Assembly: GCA_041496545.1 (NCBI GenBank)
Contig: JBGQET010000007.1
Location: forward strand, 5,424-69,423
Direction of reading: 5' to 3'
Origin: Candidatus Binatia bacterium
GTDB lineage: Bacteria > Desulfobacterota > Binatia > DP-6
Length of the DNA stretch: 64,000 nucleotides
Positions 9,408 to 18,548 of this stretch are shown in pieces; the stretch's first letter is position 1; each line of letters begins with the position of its first letter. Under the pieces are notes generated by a model that saw only the letters and a program-made list of their open reading frames with translations, was not told the DNA's origin and searched no databases. The position numbers were made by a program, and so were the translations under genes.

Positions 9408-10334
9408 ATGCGAAATCGGATGGGCGCCGCGGGTGTGCTCGTCGTCTGCCTCGGGGCAGCGACGGCGCACGCTCACGGCGTCGTTGGAGAGCGATCGTTC
9501 ATCGAGCCATTCATCACCGAGGACGTGAACCCGAAGAACGAGTTCGTGATCGCACGACCGGAGTTCGATCATTCCCGCGACGGGAAGGAATTCTCGCTCG
9601 GCTTCGGCCTGGAGAAGAAGATATCGGATCGCTTCAGCCTCACGCTCGACTCGTCGTGGAACGACATCACCCCGAAGGCGGCGGACGAGCCGCACGCCAG
9701 CGGCTTCGGCAACCTCGGCCTCACCCTCAAGTACGCGTTCTTCATCAACCCGGCGCACGAGGCCATCGCCTCGTTCGCGATCGAGTCGACGGCGCCGACC
9801 GGCACCGCCGACGTCGGCGCGGAGCAGCGCGCGTCGTTCAAGCCCTTCGTGCTCTACGGCAAGGGCGCCGGCGACCTGCCGTCGTGCCTCAAGTACCTCC
9901 GCCCGCTCGCCGTGCAGGGCGACGCGGGCTTCGAGATCTCCCTCGACAACGACCGCACCACGACCCTCGTGCACAACGTCGCGATCCAGTACAGCATCCC
10001 GTACCTCCAGTCCGTCGTGCGCGACTTCGGCCTGCGCTGGCCGCTCAACAAACTGCTCCCCGTCGCCGAGTTCAACTTCGAGCACGGCGTGAACGGCGCG
10101 GAGCACGCCGTCCACAAGGTGACCACTACCCCGGGCATCGTCTACATGGACCGCTGGGTCGAGATCGGGATCGCGGGACGCTTCCCGCTCAACACCTCCG
10201 CGCACCGCGACCTCGACTGGGGCGTGATCGGCATCATCGACCTCTTCATCGACGACATCTTCCCGTGGTCCCGGTGGCAACCGATCGGTGGCATGGGGCT
10301 GCCGACGCCACCCGCCAACGAGCCAAAGTCGTGA
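9408..10334 (+). CDS. Secreted or outer-membrane protein, possibly an outer-membrane channel of the phenol-degradation (MetA-pathway) family
   Basis: It has a GGAAGGGG RBS and a signal peptide. Its stop overlaps the copC GTG start (GTGA). Confidence 0.6.
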   Translation: MRNRMGAAGVLVVCLGAATAHAHGVVGERSFIEPFITEDVNPKNEFVIARPEFDHSRDGKEFSLGFGLEKKISDRFSLTLDSSWNDITPKAADEPHASGFGNLGLTLKYAFFINPAHEAIASFAIESTAPTGTADVGAEQRASFKPFVLYGKGAGDLPSCLKYLRPLAVQGDAGFEISLDNDRTTTLVHNVAIQYSIPYLQSVVRDFGLRWPLNKLLPVAEFNFEHGVNGAEHAVHKVTTTPGIVYMDRWVEIGIAGRFPLNTSAHRDLDWGVIGIIDLFIDDIFPWSRWQPIGGMGLPTPPANEPKS

Positions 10335-10693
10335 AGCGCGGCGTCGCGGCGTTCGGTTTTCTCGTGGGTCTGCTCGCGCTCCGGCCGCCCCCGGCCGGAG
10401 CGCACGCCTTCCTCGACCACGCGGAGCCGCGGGTGGGGTCGAGCGTCGCGGCGCCTCCCACCCTGACGCTCGTCTTCACCGAGCCGGTCGAAGCCGGCTT
10501 CTCTCACCTCGCCCTCCGTGCGCCGGACGGCAAGCCGGTCGAGACGCCGGCGCTCGAGCAGCCGGCGCCGAACACGCTGCGTGTTGCGCTGCCGGCGCTC
10601 GCGCCGGGCGAGTACACCGTCGAGTGGGGCGTGGTCTCGGTCGACACGCATCCGACCGACGGCCGCTTCAACTTCTCCGTGAAGAAACCGTGA
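10331..10693 (+). CDS. copC: Copper resistance protein CopC (periplasmic copper chaperone)
   Basis: It has a signal peptide followed by the mature N-terminus HAFLDHAEP and a CopC-like beta-sandwich sequence. It is translationally coupled to both neighbours. Confidence 0.75.
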   Translation: MKRGVAAFGFLVGLLALRPPPAGAHAFLDHAEPRVGSSVAAPPTLTLVFTEPVEAGFSHLALRAPDGKPVETPALEQPAPNTLRVALPALAPGEYTVEWGVVSVDTHPTDGRFNFSVKKP

Positions 10694-11514
10694 ACGCGGC
10701 CTTCACGGTCACCGGCTGGCTCGACCTGGTGGCGACGGTGCTCCTCGCCGGCGGCCTCGTGTTCGCCGCGGCGGTCGCGACGCCCGCGGAAGCCGGCCGG
10801 CGGACGATGCGCGTGGCTGCCGACGCCCTCGCGCCGGTCCTCGTCGCGAGCTTCGCGCTGGTCGGCATCCGGATGCACGAGGTGGCGGGTGGCGAGGGCG
10901 TCGGATTCGTCGGCCGGCTCCTCGCCATGCACTGGGGGCGCTACTGGATCGGCCGCGCCGCCGGCCTCGTCGTGCTGCGCGTCGGGCTCGCGGCGGCGCG
11001 CCCGCGCTGGACCCTCCTCGCCGTCTTCGCCGTGCCGTGGCTCCTCCTGCGGAGCTCCCAGGGGCATGCGGGGGCGCACGGCACGGTGCCCGCGCTCGTC
11101 GACTGGGCGCACCTCGCGGGCGCCGCGGCGTGGCTCGGCGGTCTCGCGCAGATGGCGCTCCTCGCCGACGACGTGCCGGCCGCGGCGCGCCTGCGGCGCC
11201 TCGCGACGGCGGCGCTGGCGCTCGTCGTGCCCGCCGGCGTGTACGCGGCCTTCCTGCACGTCCCGAGCCTCGACCGGCTGCTGCACACGCCCTACGGGCA
11301 GACGCTCCTCGCGAAGCTCGCCCTGGTCGCCGTCCTCTTGACGCTCGGGGCCGCGAACCACTTCCGTCACGTGCCGGCGCTGGTCGCGGGGGACGCCGTT
11401 GCCGCCGTGCGGCTCCGGCGCACGGTGCGGATGGAGCTGGTGCTCGCCGCCGTGATCCTGCTGCTCAGCGCGCTCCTCGGCGTGCTGCCGATGCCGCACG
11501 AGCCGCCCTCGTGA
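10690..11514 (+). CDS. copD: Copper resistance protein CopD (inner-membrane copper transporter)
   Basis: It has eight predicted transmembrane helices with CopD family character. The GTG start overlaps the copC stop. Confidence 0.75.
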   Translation: MNAAFTVTGWLDLVATVLLAGGLVFAAAVATPAEAGRRTMRVAADALAPVLVASFALVGIRMHEVAGGEGVGFVGRLLAMHWGRYWIGRAAGLVVLRVGLAAARPRWTLLAVFAVPWLLLRSSQGHAGAHGTVPALVDWAHLAGAAAWLGGLAQMALLADDVPAAARLRRLATAALALVVPAGVYAAFLHVPSLDRLLHTPYGQTLLAKLALVAVLLTLGAANHFRHVPALVAGDAVAAVRLRRTVRMELVLAAVILLLSALLGVLPMPHEPPS

Positions 11515-11789
11515 GGCGACGCGCGCTTGCCGTCGTCCTGCTCGCGCTCGTCGCCTGCGGGCGCGACGTCGAGTACGTCGGCGCGGGCGAGGTGGTGTCC
11601 GTCGACGAGCCGCGGCTGCACGTGACGATCCGGCACGAGGACATTCCGGGGCTCATGGGCGCGATGACGATGCGCTTCGCGGTCGGCTCGCCCGACGTCC
11701 TGGCCGGCGTCGAGCCGGGGGCGCACGTCCGCTTCCGGTTGCGGCCCGCGGGCGGCGACTACGTCGTGACGCGGGTCGAGGCCCGCTGA
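11511..11789 (+). CDS. CusF-like periplasmic copper-binding lipoprotein
   Basis: It has a lipobox (LALVACG) and an H…M.M.F motif (IRHEDIPGLMGAMTMRF). The GTG start overlaps the copD stop. Confidence 0.65.
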   Translation: MRRRALAVVLLALVACGRDVEYVGAGEVVSVDEPRLHVTIRHEDIPGLMGAMTMRFAVGSPDVLAGVEPGAHVRFRLRPAGGDYVVTRVEAR

Positions 11790-11790
11790 G

Positions 11791-12492
11791 TCAGCGGCGG
11801 CGCAGCGAGTCGATGTACGCCACCAGGTCCCAGAGCTGCGGCGGCTCGAGGGCGTCGGCGTACGACGGCATGGGCGTGCCGTCGAGGCCGGTCACCAGCG
11901 AGCGGTAGACGTCGGCGGGCGCGCCGCCGTTCTTGAAGCGGGTGGGGAGGCGGAGGTCGGCGGGCAGGATGCGGAGCCCCGTCTCGTCCTTGAGCTGCTT
12001 CGCCGAGCCGCCGTCGCCGCGGCCGCGGTCGCCGTGGCAGGACGGGCAGCCGGCGCTCTCGTAGAGGTCGCGGCCGCGCGACGCCGCCGCGGCGTCGAGC
12101 GGCGGCGCCTCGGGGAGGGCGATGGGCGTGGGCGTCGCGCTCGCGAAGCCGGGGTAGAAGCGCTTCACGGCGGTGATCGCGAGGCGGCGCTCGCCCGCCG
12201 TGAGCCCGATGAAGGACGGCATGTAGCCCGGGATGCCGCGCTCGAGGGTGCGCAGGATATCCGCGTCGGTCGGCAATTGCCCGCTCGGCGTCGAGCGGAG
12301 CTTGAAGCGGCCGCGGGTGAAGTCGCGCGGGCGCGGCGACAGGTACTTGTTGATCGAGAAGTACGCGGGCCCGTCGCCGCGCCCGTCCTTGCCGTGGCAC
12401 CACGCGCAGGCGTGGTTGTAGACGGCGGTCGCGTCGTCGGCCGCGACGGCCGGGGCGGCGAGCGCGAGGACGAGGAGGACGGCCGTTCGCAT
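11791..12492 (-). CDS. Di-heme cytochrome c
   Basis: It has a signal peptide and two CxxCH motifs (CAWCH, CPSCH). Confidence 0.8.
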   Translation of the reverse strand: MRTAVLLVLALAAPAVAADDATAVYNHACAWCHGKDGRGDGPAYFSINKYLSPRPRDFTRGRFKLRSTPSGQLPTDADILRTLERGIPGYMPSFIGLTAGERRLAITAVKRFYPGFASATPTPIALPEAPPLDAAAASRGRDLYESAGCPSCHGDRGRGDGGSAKQLKDETGLRILPADLRLPTRFKNGGAPADVYRSLVTGLDGTPMPSYADALEPPQLWDLVAYIDSLRRR

Positions 12493-12494
12493 CG

Positions 12495-14123
12495 TCAGAG
12501 CGCGAAGTCGAAGCCGAGGAAGAGACCGTTCCGCCAGTTGCCGAAGGGGTGGCTGCCGCCCGGCGTGAGGTTGACGCTGTCGCGCAGCGAGAGGCTCAGG
12601 AGGGCGGGGATCGGGACCCTAGCCAGATTGTCGCCCTCGAAGACGTACCAGCGCATCTGGAGGTGCAGCACCTGCGACTGCCGCGGGCCCGGCTCGAAGA
12701 CGACGTCGCTCTTGAAGCCGCCGGCGCTCATCCAGTCGTAGCGCACCGACGGCACGAGCGAGTGCGTGAGGCGGTAGTCCACCTCCGCGGTGAGCCCGTC
12801 GGCGCGTCGCTTGAAGCGCCCGGCGAGGCGCGACGGGACGTTGAAGACCTGGTCGTGCATGTAGGCGCCGTAGGTGTCCCACGGGCCGCGGCGCAGGTTC
12901 CAGCCGACGCCCTGGCGGGAGACATCGAGGTCGCGTTGGTTCGTGATCGTGCCGACGCCGAGCGGCGGTGGCGGGCGGTGCTGCGTGACGGGGCCGCCGA
13001 AGTCGCCGAGCGGGATCGACGGCAGCGGCGCCGGCGAGAGGTAGAACACGCGGTACGCCTCCCAGCCGTAGTTGCCGAGCACGGAGACCGAGCCGGTCAG
13101 GCCGTCGCGGTCGCCGAAGTCCCAGCGCAGCATGCCGTACGGCACGGCGGTGTGCAGCCCGTCGGTGAACTCGGGTGCCGCGCCGGTCGTCGTGCCGAGC
13201 TGGTAGAGGAGGTGGGAGGCGAAGAGGCGGCCGTGGAGGTCGAGGCCGGGCGCGGCCTCGGCGTGGTAGAGGGTCGGCTCGGTGGCGAGGAGCGTGTGGT
13301 CGCCGCGCTTGAAGATGCCGAAGAACTTGGCGCCGAAGGCGTAGGGGTTGAGCGGCATGCGGAGGAGGAAGCCGGACTCCGAGGTATCGGCCGGCACGTC
13401 GTGGAAGAGCTGGCGGTCGACGGCGTAGGAGAAGTTGGTCGAGGGGTCGATGCGACCGAACATGATCATGGGGCCGTGACCGACGAGGCCGTCGCCCATG
13501 GTCGCCATGCCGTGCCCGCCGTGGTCCATGTCTCCCATGTCGTGGCCCATCTGCTCGTGGTCCATGTGGGCCATGTCGTGTCCGCCGTGGCCGTGGAGGC
13601 CGAGCAGCATGGGGACGTCGACCATGACGAACGCCTTCTGCATGCCGCCCGTGTTGCTGTTCACGAAGTCGCCGCGCTTGTTGATGTCGGTCTCGTGGAC
13701 GGTGTGCTCGAGCTCGATGAAGAGGCTCGTCGAGGGCGTGAGCGGACCCGCGATGTAGACGCTCGTGTGCTCGGGGACGGCGAAGCCGCCCCGCGAGCCC
13801 GGCGCGTCGTCGAACTGCGAGCGCTCGAACCACTCGCCCCGCGTCCAGATCGCCATGCCCTTGGTGAGCGCGTCCTTCCACGTCGACGGGAACGGCGTCC
13901 ACATCGTGCCCGGCGGCTTGAAGCCGTTCATGTGGAACTCCTCGCCGTAGGCGTTGAGGCGCGGAACGGCGGAGTGGCAGACCCCGCAGGCGAGGTTGTA
14001 GCGACGGGCGAAGGCGGGTAGCGCCGCCGCCGAACGCGCCGTGACGAGGAGAGCGACAAGAGCGAGCAGGCGGCGCGCGAGCATCGGTCGCGCCCGTATA
14101 CCGGCCCGTGCCCCCGGGCTCAA
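12495..14123 (-). CDS. Secreted CxxCH-containing protein with a Met/His-rich copper-binding-like region and a beta-barrel-like C-terminus
   Basis: It has a signal peptide, a CGVCH motif and the tract HGHGGHDMAHMDHEQMGHDMGDMDHGGHGM. The C-terminus is rich in aromatic/Gly strands. Confidence 0.7.
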   Translation of the reverse strand: MSPGARAGIRARPMLARRLLALVALLVTARSAAALPAFARRYNLACGVCHSAVPRLNAYGEEFHMNGFKPPGTMWTPFPSTWKDALTKGMAIWTRGEWFERSQFDDAPGSRGGFAVPEHTSVYIAGPLTPSTSLFIELEHTVHETDINKRGDFVNSNTGGMQKAFVMVDVPMLLGLHGHGGHDMAHMDHEQMGHDMGDMDHGGHGMATMGDGLVGHGPMIMFGRIDPSTNFSYAVDRQLFHDVPADTSESGFLLRMPLNPYAFGAKFFGIFKRGDHTLLATEPTLYHAEAAPGLDLHGRLFASHLLYQLGTTTGAAPEFTDGLHTAVPYGMLRWDFGDRDGLTGSVSVLGNYGWEAYRVFYLSPAPLPSIPLGDFGGPVTQHRPPPPLGVGTITNQRDLDVSRQGVGWNLRRGPWDTYGAYMHDQVFNVPSRLAGRFKRRADGLTAEVDYRLTHSLVPSVRYDWMSAGGFKSDVVFEPGPRQSQVLHLQMRWYVFEGDNLARVPIPALLSLSLRDSVNLTPGGSHPFGNWRNGLFLGFDFAL

Positions 14124-14238
14124 TCCTCAGAGCCGCCGGCCGGGGAGCCCGTGCCCGACCATCACCGCCGATCGGCTCGGTCGTGCGGAGCGGCCGTCCG
14201 CTGTCAGCGCGACGCGCGAGTACGCTAGACTCCGTCGC

Positions 14239-14898
14239 GTGGAGGCGACCTTCTGCTTCGTCGATCTCGCCGGCTTCACGGCCCTGACGGAAGCGCACGG
14301 GGATCAGGCGGCGGCGGACCTCGCGCTCGCCTTCGGCAGGCTCGTCGAGCAGGCGCTCCAGGGAGCGGGCCAGGTCGTCGACACCGTCGGAGACGCCGTG
14401 TTCGTGGTGGCCGAGCGGCCGGCGGAAGCGGTGCGGTTCGTCGGCCGGCTCTTCGACCGAGCAGCGACGGAGCCCGATTTCCCCGCCCTCCGTGTCGGCC
14501 TGCACCACGGCGAGGCGGTGGTGCGGAACGACCGGTACTTCGGCACCTCGGTGAACCTTGCGGCACGCGTCGCGTCGCAGGCCGGCGGGGACGAGATCCT
14601 CGCCACCCGCGGGGTCGCGGAGGCGGCACGAGCGGTCGGGATCGACGCCACGTCCCGCGGCACCGTCGCGCTCCGGAACATCCTCGAGCCCGTCGAGCTC
14701 TTCGTCCTGGCGATCGGACGGTTCCCCGAAACCGTGATCGACCCGGTCTGCCGCATGCGCGTGGAGCGGAACGGGGCCGCCGGCCGCCTGCGCTTCCAGG
14801 GCACGGAGTACTTCTTCTGCTCGCTCGACTGCACGGCGCGCTTCGCCGCCCGCCCCGCGGCGTACGCGGCGGGCGAGGCGCCGGCCTCCAGGTCTTGA
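14239..14898 (+). CDS. Nucleotidyl cyclase (class III cyclase homology domain) fused to a C-terminal YHS/TRASH metal-binding domain
   Basis: The cyclase part reads FCFVDLAGFTALTE…TVGDAVFVV…GLHHGEAV…FGTSVNLAARV. The C-terminus reads DPVCRMRV…YFFCSLDC. The start is uncertain, and the GTG at 14239 is the best candidate. Confidence 0.65.
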   Translation: MEATFCFVDLAGFTALTEAHGDQAAADLALAFGRLVEQALQGAGQVVDTVGDAVFVVAERPAEAVRFVGRLFDRAATEPDFPALRVGLHHGEAVVRNDRYFGTSVNLAARVASQAGGDEILATRGVAEAARAVGIDATSRGTVALRNILEPVELFVLAIGRFPETVIDPVCRMRVERNGAAGRLRFQGTEYFFCSLDCTARFAARPAAYAAGEAPASRS

Positions 14899-14971
14899 CG
14901 TCGAGCGCGTCCTCCGCGAGATACGGGCACGGTTATTGGATGCCCAGCTAGCAAGCCAAGGAGGGGAACGC

Positions 14972-15334
14972 ATGACGAGGAGAAAGATCAGGACGCTCGC
15001 GCTGGTCGCCGTGATGGCGACCGGCTTGGCCCTGCCCAACTTCCGGGCAGCCGTTGCCGATGAAATGAACATCGAGCAGCGAATCTCCACCGCGAAGACG
15101 GCCGCGGATCACGAAGCCATCGCCGCGTACTACGAGGAGCAGGCGAAGGCGGCGCGCGCGAAGGGCGAGGAGCACAAGCGGATGTCGGCCGATTACAGGA
15201 AGGCCGGCGGTTCCATGGCGAAGAGCCAGCTGCCCGAGCATTGCAACGGTCTGGCGGTGATCTACAGCGGTGCCGCGAAGCAGTACGACGCCCTCGCTGC
15301 GATGCATCGTAAGATGGCCAAAGCGGCGAAGTAG
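14972..15334 (+). CDS. Small secreted hypothetical protein
   Basis: An AAGGAGGGG RBS precedes the start, and a signal peptide is present (RTLALVAVMATGLALP). Confidence 0.55.
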   Translation: MTRRKIRTLALVAVMATGLALPNFRAAVADEMNIEQRISTAKTAADHEAIAAYYEEQAKAARAKGEEHKRMSADYRKAGGSMAKSQLPEHCNGLAVIYSGAAKQYDALAAMHRKMAKAAK

Positions 15335-15521
15335 GCGCGGCACTGCCGAGGTCGCGGGCCGTGAGGCGGCGACCCCGGACGGGATACCCCCGGGGTCCGT
15401 TCGCTCGGTCGCCCGTGGGAACCGGTCTGCGTCTGCCTTCTCAGTAATGGGAACGCCGGCTGCGGAGACGCACTCTTTGCCTCGGGCACGGTTTGTGCCA
15501 AATGGGCGAAGCGAGGATTGC

Positions 15522-15944
15522 ATGTCCGCGCTCACTCGGATGTTCCGCCGCTCGCGCACCTTGGTGGCGCTCCTCCTCGGCGTCTTGGTGCCGTACGTGT
15601 CGACTCGCTGCCTCCCCGGCTGCACGGTCGTGCACGGCGCCGCCGCGCATCATCATGCAGCGGTGACGCACGAGCGAGGCGGGGTGCATCGGCATGCGGC
15701 CCACGATGCCGAGCGTCCCGCGGATGCGGGGCATGACCACGACCAGCCGAGCTGCTGCCAAGTCACCGGAAAGCTCGCCGTCACGGTCCCGTCTCCCGCC
15801 GCAGGCATGGCGGGCCCGCTGCTGCGACCGGCCCTCCGGGTCGCGCCGACAGGACGTCTCTCAGCCGGCCGCACGCTCCCCCCGCCAGAATTCCTCGCGC
15901 ACGGTCCACCCGTCTACCTCCTCCACGCGACTCTCGTGATCTGA
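15522..15944 (+). CDS. His-rich exported protein upstream of the efflux operon, putative metal-binding
   Basis: It has a signal peptide and then AAHHHAAVTHERGGVHRHAAHDAERPADAGHDHD…CC. Confidence 0.5.
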   Translation: MSALTRMFRRSRTLVALLLGVLVPYVSTRCLPGCTVVHGAAAHHHAAVTHERGGVHRHAAHDAERPADAGHDHDQPSCCQVTGKLAVTVPSPAAGMAGPLLRPALRVAPTGRLSAGRTLPPPEFLAHGPPVYLLHATLVI

Positions 15945-16085
15945 TCCCCCGCCGCGCCCACCCGTGGAACGAGGTGGCGATGCGCCTGCGAGCCACCGGC
16001 GCTCCTCGGGGAGGGTCGTCGCGCCGGCGCCCATGCGGGCGTCTGCCCCCGACCGTGCGAACGGCAGGCGAGGGATGGGAGAGAC

Positions 16086-17426
16086 ATGAGGGCCAGGAGA
16101 TCGGAGACACGCGAGGTGCCGGCGAGCCGGCTCCGCCCGCTCCACGTCGGCAAGCGGCCGGCGCTCGTCGTCTGTGCGCTCGCGTGCATGACCGCGAGCG
16201 CGACGCGCCTCGCGCGCGCGGAGGAGGGGCGCCCGACGCTCGCGTCGCTGCTCGAGACCGCGCGGGTCCAGAACGCCGAGATCCGGGCGGCGGAGGCGCG
16301 CTACCAGGCGATGCGCCAGCGTCCCGTCCAGGAGCGCACGCTGCCCGACCCGACCATCGGCGCCCGGTATCACAACGAGAAGACGGACCGCCTCACGCTC
16401 GGTGAGTCCGACTTCTCGTTCCTCGAGTTCTCCGCCGAGCAGGAGGTGCCGTTCCCCGGCAAGCTCGGGCTCCGCGGCGACGTCGCGGCGCGCGAGGCCG
16501 ATCGTGAACGGGCGATGCGTGACGAGACCGTCCTCATGGTCCTCGCCAAGGTCGCGGGCGGCTACGCCGACCTGGCGGCCGTGGACCGCACCAGGACCGC
16601 ACTCGAGCAGAGCGCCGCTACCCTCGACCTCATGGTGCGGCAGGCGGGCGAGAGCTACGGCGTCGGCACGGTGGCGCAGGCCGACGTCCTCCGCGCGACG
16701 CTCGAACGCGCCGCGATCGAGGAGCGGCTCACCATGCTCACCCAGAAGCGGGTCGCCGCCGAAGCGACGCTGAACGTGCTGCTGGCGCGCCCGGCGGCCG
16801 AGCGCGTCGGGCCCGTCGCGCTGCCGGCGACGGTGCCGCCCCTCGAGACGCTGGAGGCCTGGGGGCGGCGCGTTCAGGACGAGGCGCCCGCCGTGCGGGC
16901 GGCACGCGAGGACGTGCTCCGGGCCGGCGCCGCGCTGAAGCTCGCCGAGCGCGAGTACTTTCCCGACTTCGCGCTGATGGGCGGATACACCGATAAGAGT
17001 CGGCTCTTGCCGGAGTGGGAATTCGGCGTTCGCGTGCGTGTTCCGCTCTACTTCTGGCGGCGCCAGGGCCCGGCGGTCGCCGAAGCCGTCCACAACCGGA
17101 CGGCGGCCGAGGAGACGCGCCGGAACACCGCGCTCACGCTCGACGGCCGCCTCCGCGAGCTGCACGCCATGGCCGAGTCCGGGCAGCGGCTCGTCGCGCT
17201 CTACCGCGACACGCTCATCCCGCAGGCGTCGCTCACGCTCGAGTCGACGCGCGCCTCCTACGTAGTCGGCCGCGTCGATTTCCTGACCATGCTGACCGCG
17301 TTCACGAGCCTCCTCGAGTACCGCATTCGGTACGCGGAGACGATGGGGAGCCTCTACCGCGCCCGCGCCGAGATCGGGCCGCTCGTCGGCGAGAGCCCAC
17401 TCGACTGGTGGAAGGAGTCGCCGTGA
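16086..17426 (+). CDS. cusC: TolC-family outer-membrane efflux protein (CusC-like)
   Basis: It has outer-membrane factor coiled-coil repeats. Its stop overlaps the start of the next gene. Confidence 0.8.
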   Translation: MRARRSETREVPASRLRPLHVGKRPALVVCALACMTASATRLARAEEGRPTLASLLETARVQNAEIRAAEARYQAMRQRPVQERTLPDPTIGARYHNEKTDRLTLGESDFSFLEFSAEQEVPFPGKLGLRGDVAAREADRERAMRDETVLMVLAKVAGGYADLAAVDRTRTALEQSAATLDLMVRQAGESYGVGTVAQADVLRATLERAAIEERLTMLTQKRVAAEATLNVLLARPAAERVGPVALPATVPPLETLEAWGRRVQDEAPAVRAAREDVLRAGAALKLAEREYFPDFALMGGYTDKSRLLPEWEFGVRVRVPLYFWRRQGPAVAEAVHNRTAAEETRRNTALTLDGRLRELHAMAESGQRLVALYRDTLIPQASLTLESTRASYVVGRVDFLTMLTAFTSLLEYRIRYAETMGSLYRARAEIGPLVGESPLDWWKESP

Positions 17427-18544
17427 TGCGCACGCTCGCGACGGTGATTCTGGCCGGCGCCGTCACGTGCGCGGCCGCGGCGGAGATCCCGTCGCACGGG
17501 GCGCACGCGGCGCACGAGGGCGCGCAGGTGGCGGTCCCCGGGATGGCCGAGGTCGAGGTGCCCGTCGAGCGCCGGCAGGCGATCGGGGTGCGGACGGCGG
17601 AGGTTGCCCGGCGCACGCTCACGCAGGGCGTTCGCACCGTGGGTCTCGTCGCCGCGGACGAGCGCCGCGTGCGCCGCATCCAGACGAAGGTCTCCGGATG
17701 GGTCGACGAGCTGCTCGTCGCCTACACCGGCGCGCTCGTGAAGGCGGGCGAGCCCATCCTCTCGATCTACAGCCCGGAGCTGGTCGCCGCGCAGCGTGAG
17801 TATCTCCTCGCCCGCCGGGCGGGTGGAGCCGCCGGGGGCTCGAGCGGCCTGCTCGTGCAGTCGGCGCGGATGCGGCTCAGGAACTGGGACCTGACCGACG
17901 CGCAGATCGAGGCGCTCGGGAGGAGCGGGGAGCCGAGGCGCTCGGTCGTCCTCCACTCGCCCATCGCCGGCTACGTGACGCTCAAGCCGGTGACGCAGGG
18001 CATGTACGTGACGCCCGAGATGGAGCTCTACCGCATCACCGACCTCGACGCCGTCTGGATCTGGGCCGATCTCTACGAGAGCGAGATCGAGCTCGTGGCG
18101 ATCGGGCAGACGGCGGCGATCTCGCTCGCGTCGGCTCCCGGACGCACCTTCACCGCCGTGGTGGCGTACGTGAGCCCCACGATGGAGCCCGCCACCCGCA
18201 CGCTCCGCGTGCGCTTCGACATCGACAACCGTGGCCACCCCCTCAAGCCGGGCATGTACGCGACCGTCGTCCTCGAAGCGCCGCTCGGCGAGGTGCTCGC
18301 GCTCCCGGAAGAAGCCGTCATCGACACGGGCGAGCGTCGCGTGGTCTTCGTCGAGACGGCGCCGGGCCGCTTCCAGCCACGCGAGGTCGAGCTCGGCCGC
18401 ACGGGCGAGGGCCACTACGAGGTGCTCGGCGGCCTCGAGGCGGGCGAGCGGGTGGTGGTGAGCGCGCAGTTCCTGCTCGACTCCGAGAGCCGGCTCCGCG
18501 CCGCCGGCCGCGGCCCGGCGCACGCGGGGCACGGAGGCCAGTGA
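17426..18544 (+). CDS. cusB: RND efflux membrane fusion protein (CusB-like)
   Basis: It has the periplasmic adaptor architecture (beta-barrel and lipoyl-like regions). Confidence 0.8.
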   Translation: MRTLATVILAGAVTCAAAAEIPSHGAHAAHEGAQVAVPGMAEVEVPVERRQAIGVRTAEVARRTLTQGVRTVGLVAADERRVRRIQTKVSGWVDELLVAYTGALVKAGEPILSIYSPELVAAQREYLLARRAGGAAGGSSGLLVQSARMRLRNWDLTDAQIEALGRSGEPRRSVVLHSPIAGYVTLKPVTQGMYVTPEMELYRITDLDAVWIWADLYESEIELVAIGQTAAISLASAPGRTFTAVVAYVSPTMEPATRTLRVRFDIDNRGHPLKPGMYATVVLEAPLGEVLALPEEAVIDTGERRVVFVETAPGRFQPREVELGRTGEGHYEVLGGLEAGERVVVSAQFLLDSESRLRAAGRGPAHAGHGGQ

Positions 18545-18548
18545 GGCG

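Noticed and set aside
12619-15090. An 823-aa minus-strand ORF spanning three genes
   Set aside because: It is a frame-shadow of the Met/His-rich outer-membrane protein and the cyclase–YHS gene. It is an Arg-rich translation.
15360-15400. An 8-bp GC hairpin (gaccccgg…ccggggtc) after the small secreted protein gene
   Set aside because: It has no downstream T-tract. It could be a weak terminator, but the evidence is insufficient.
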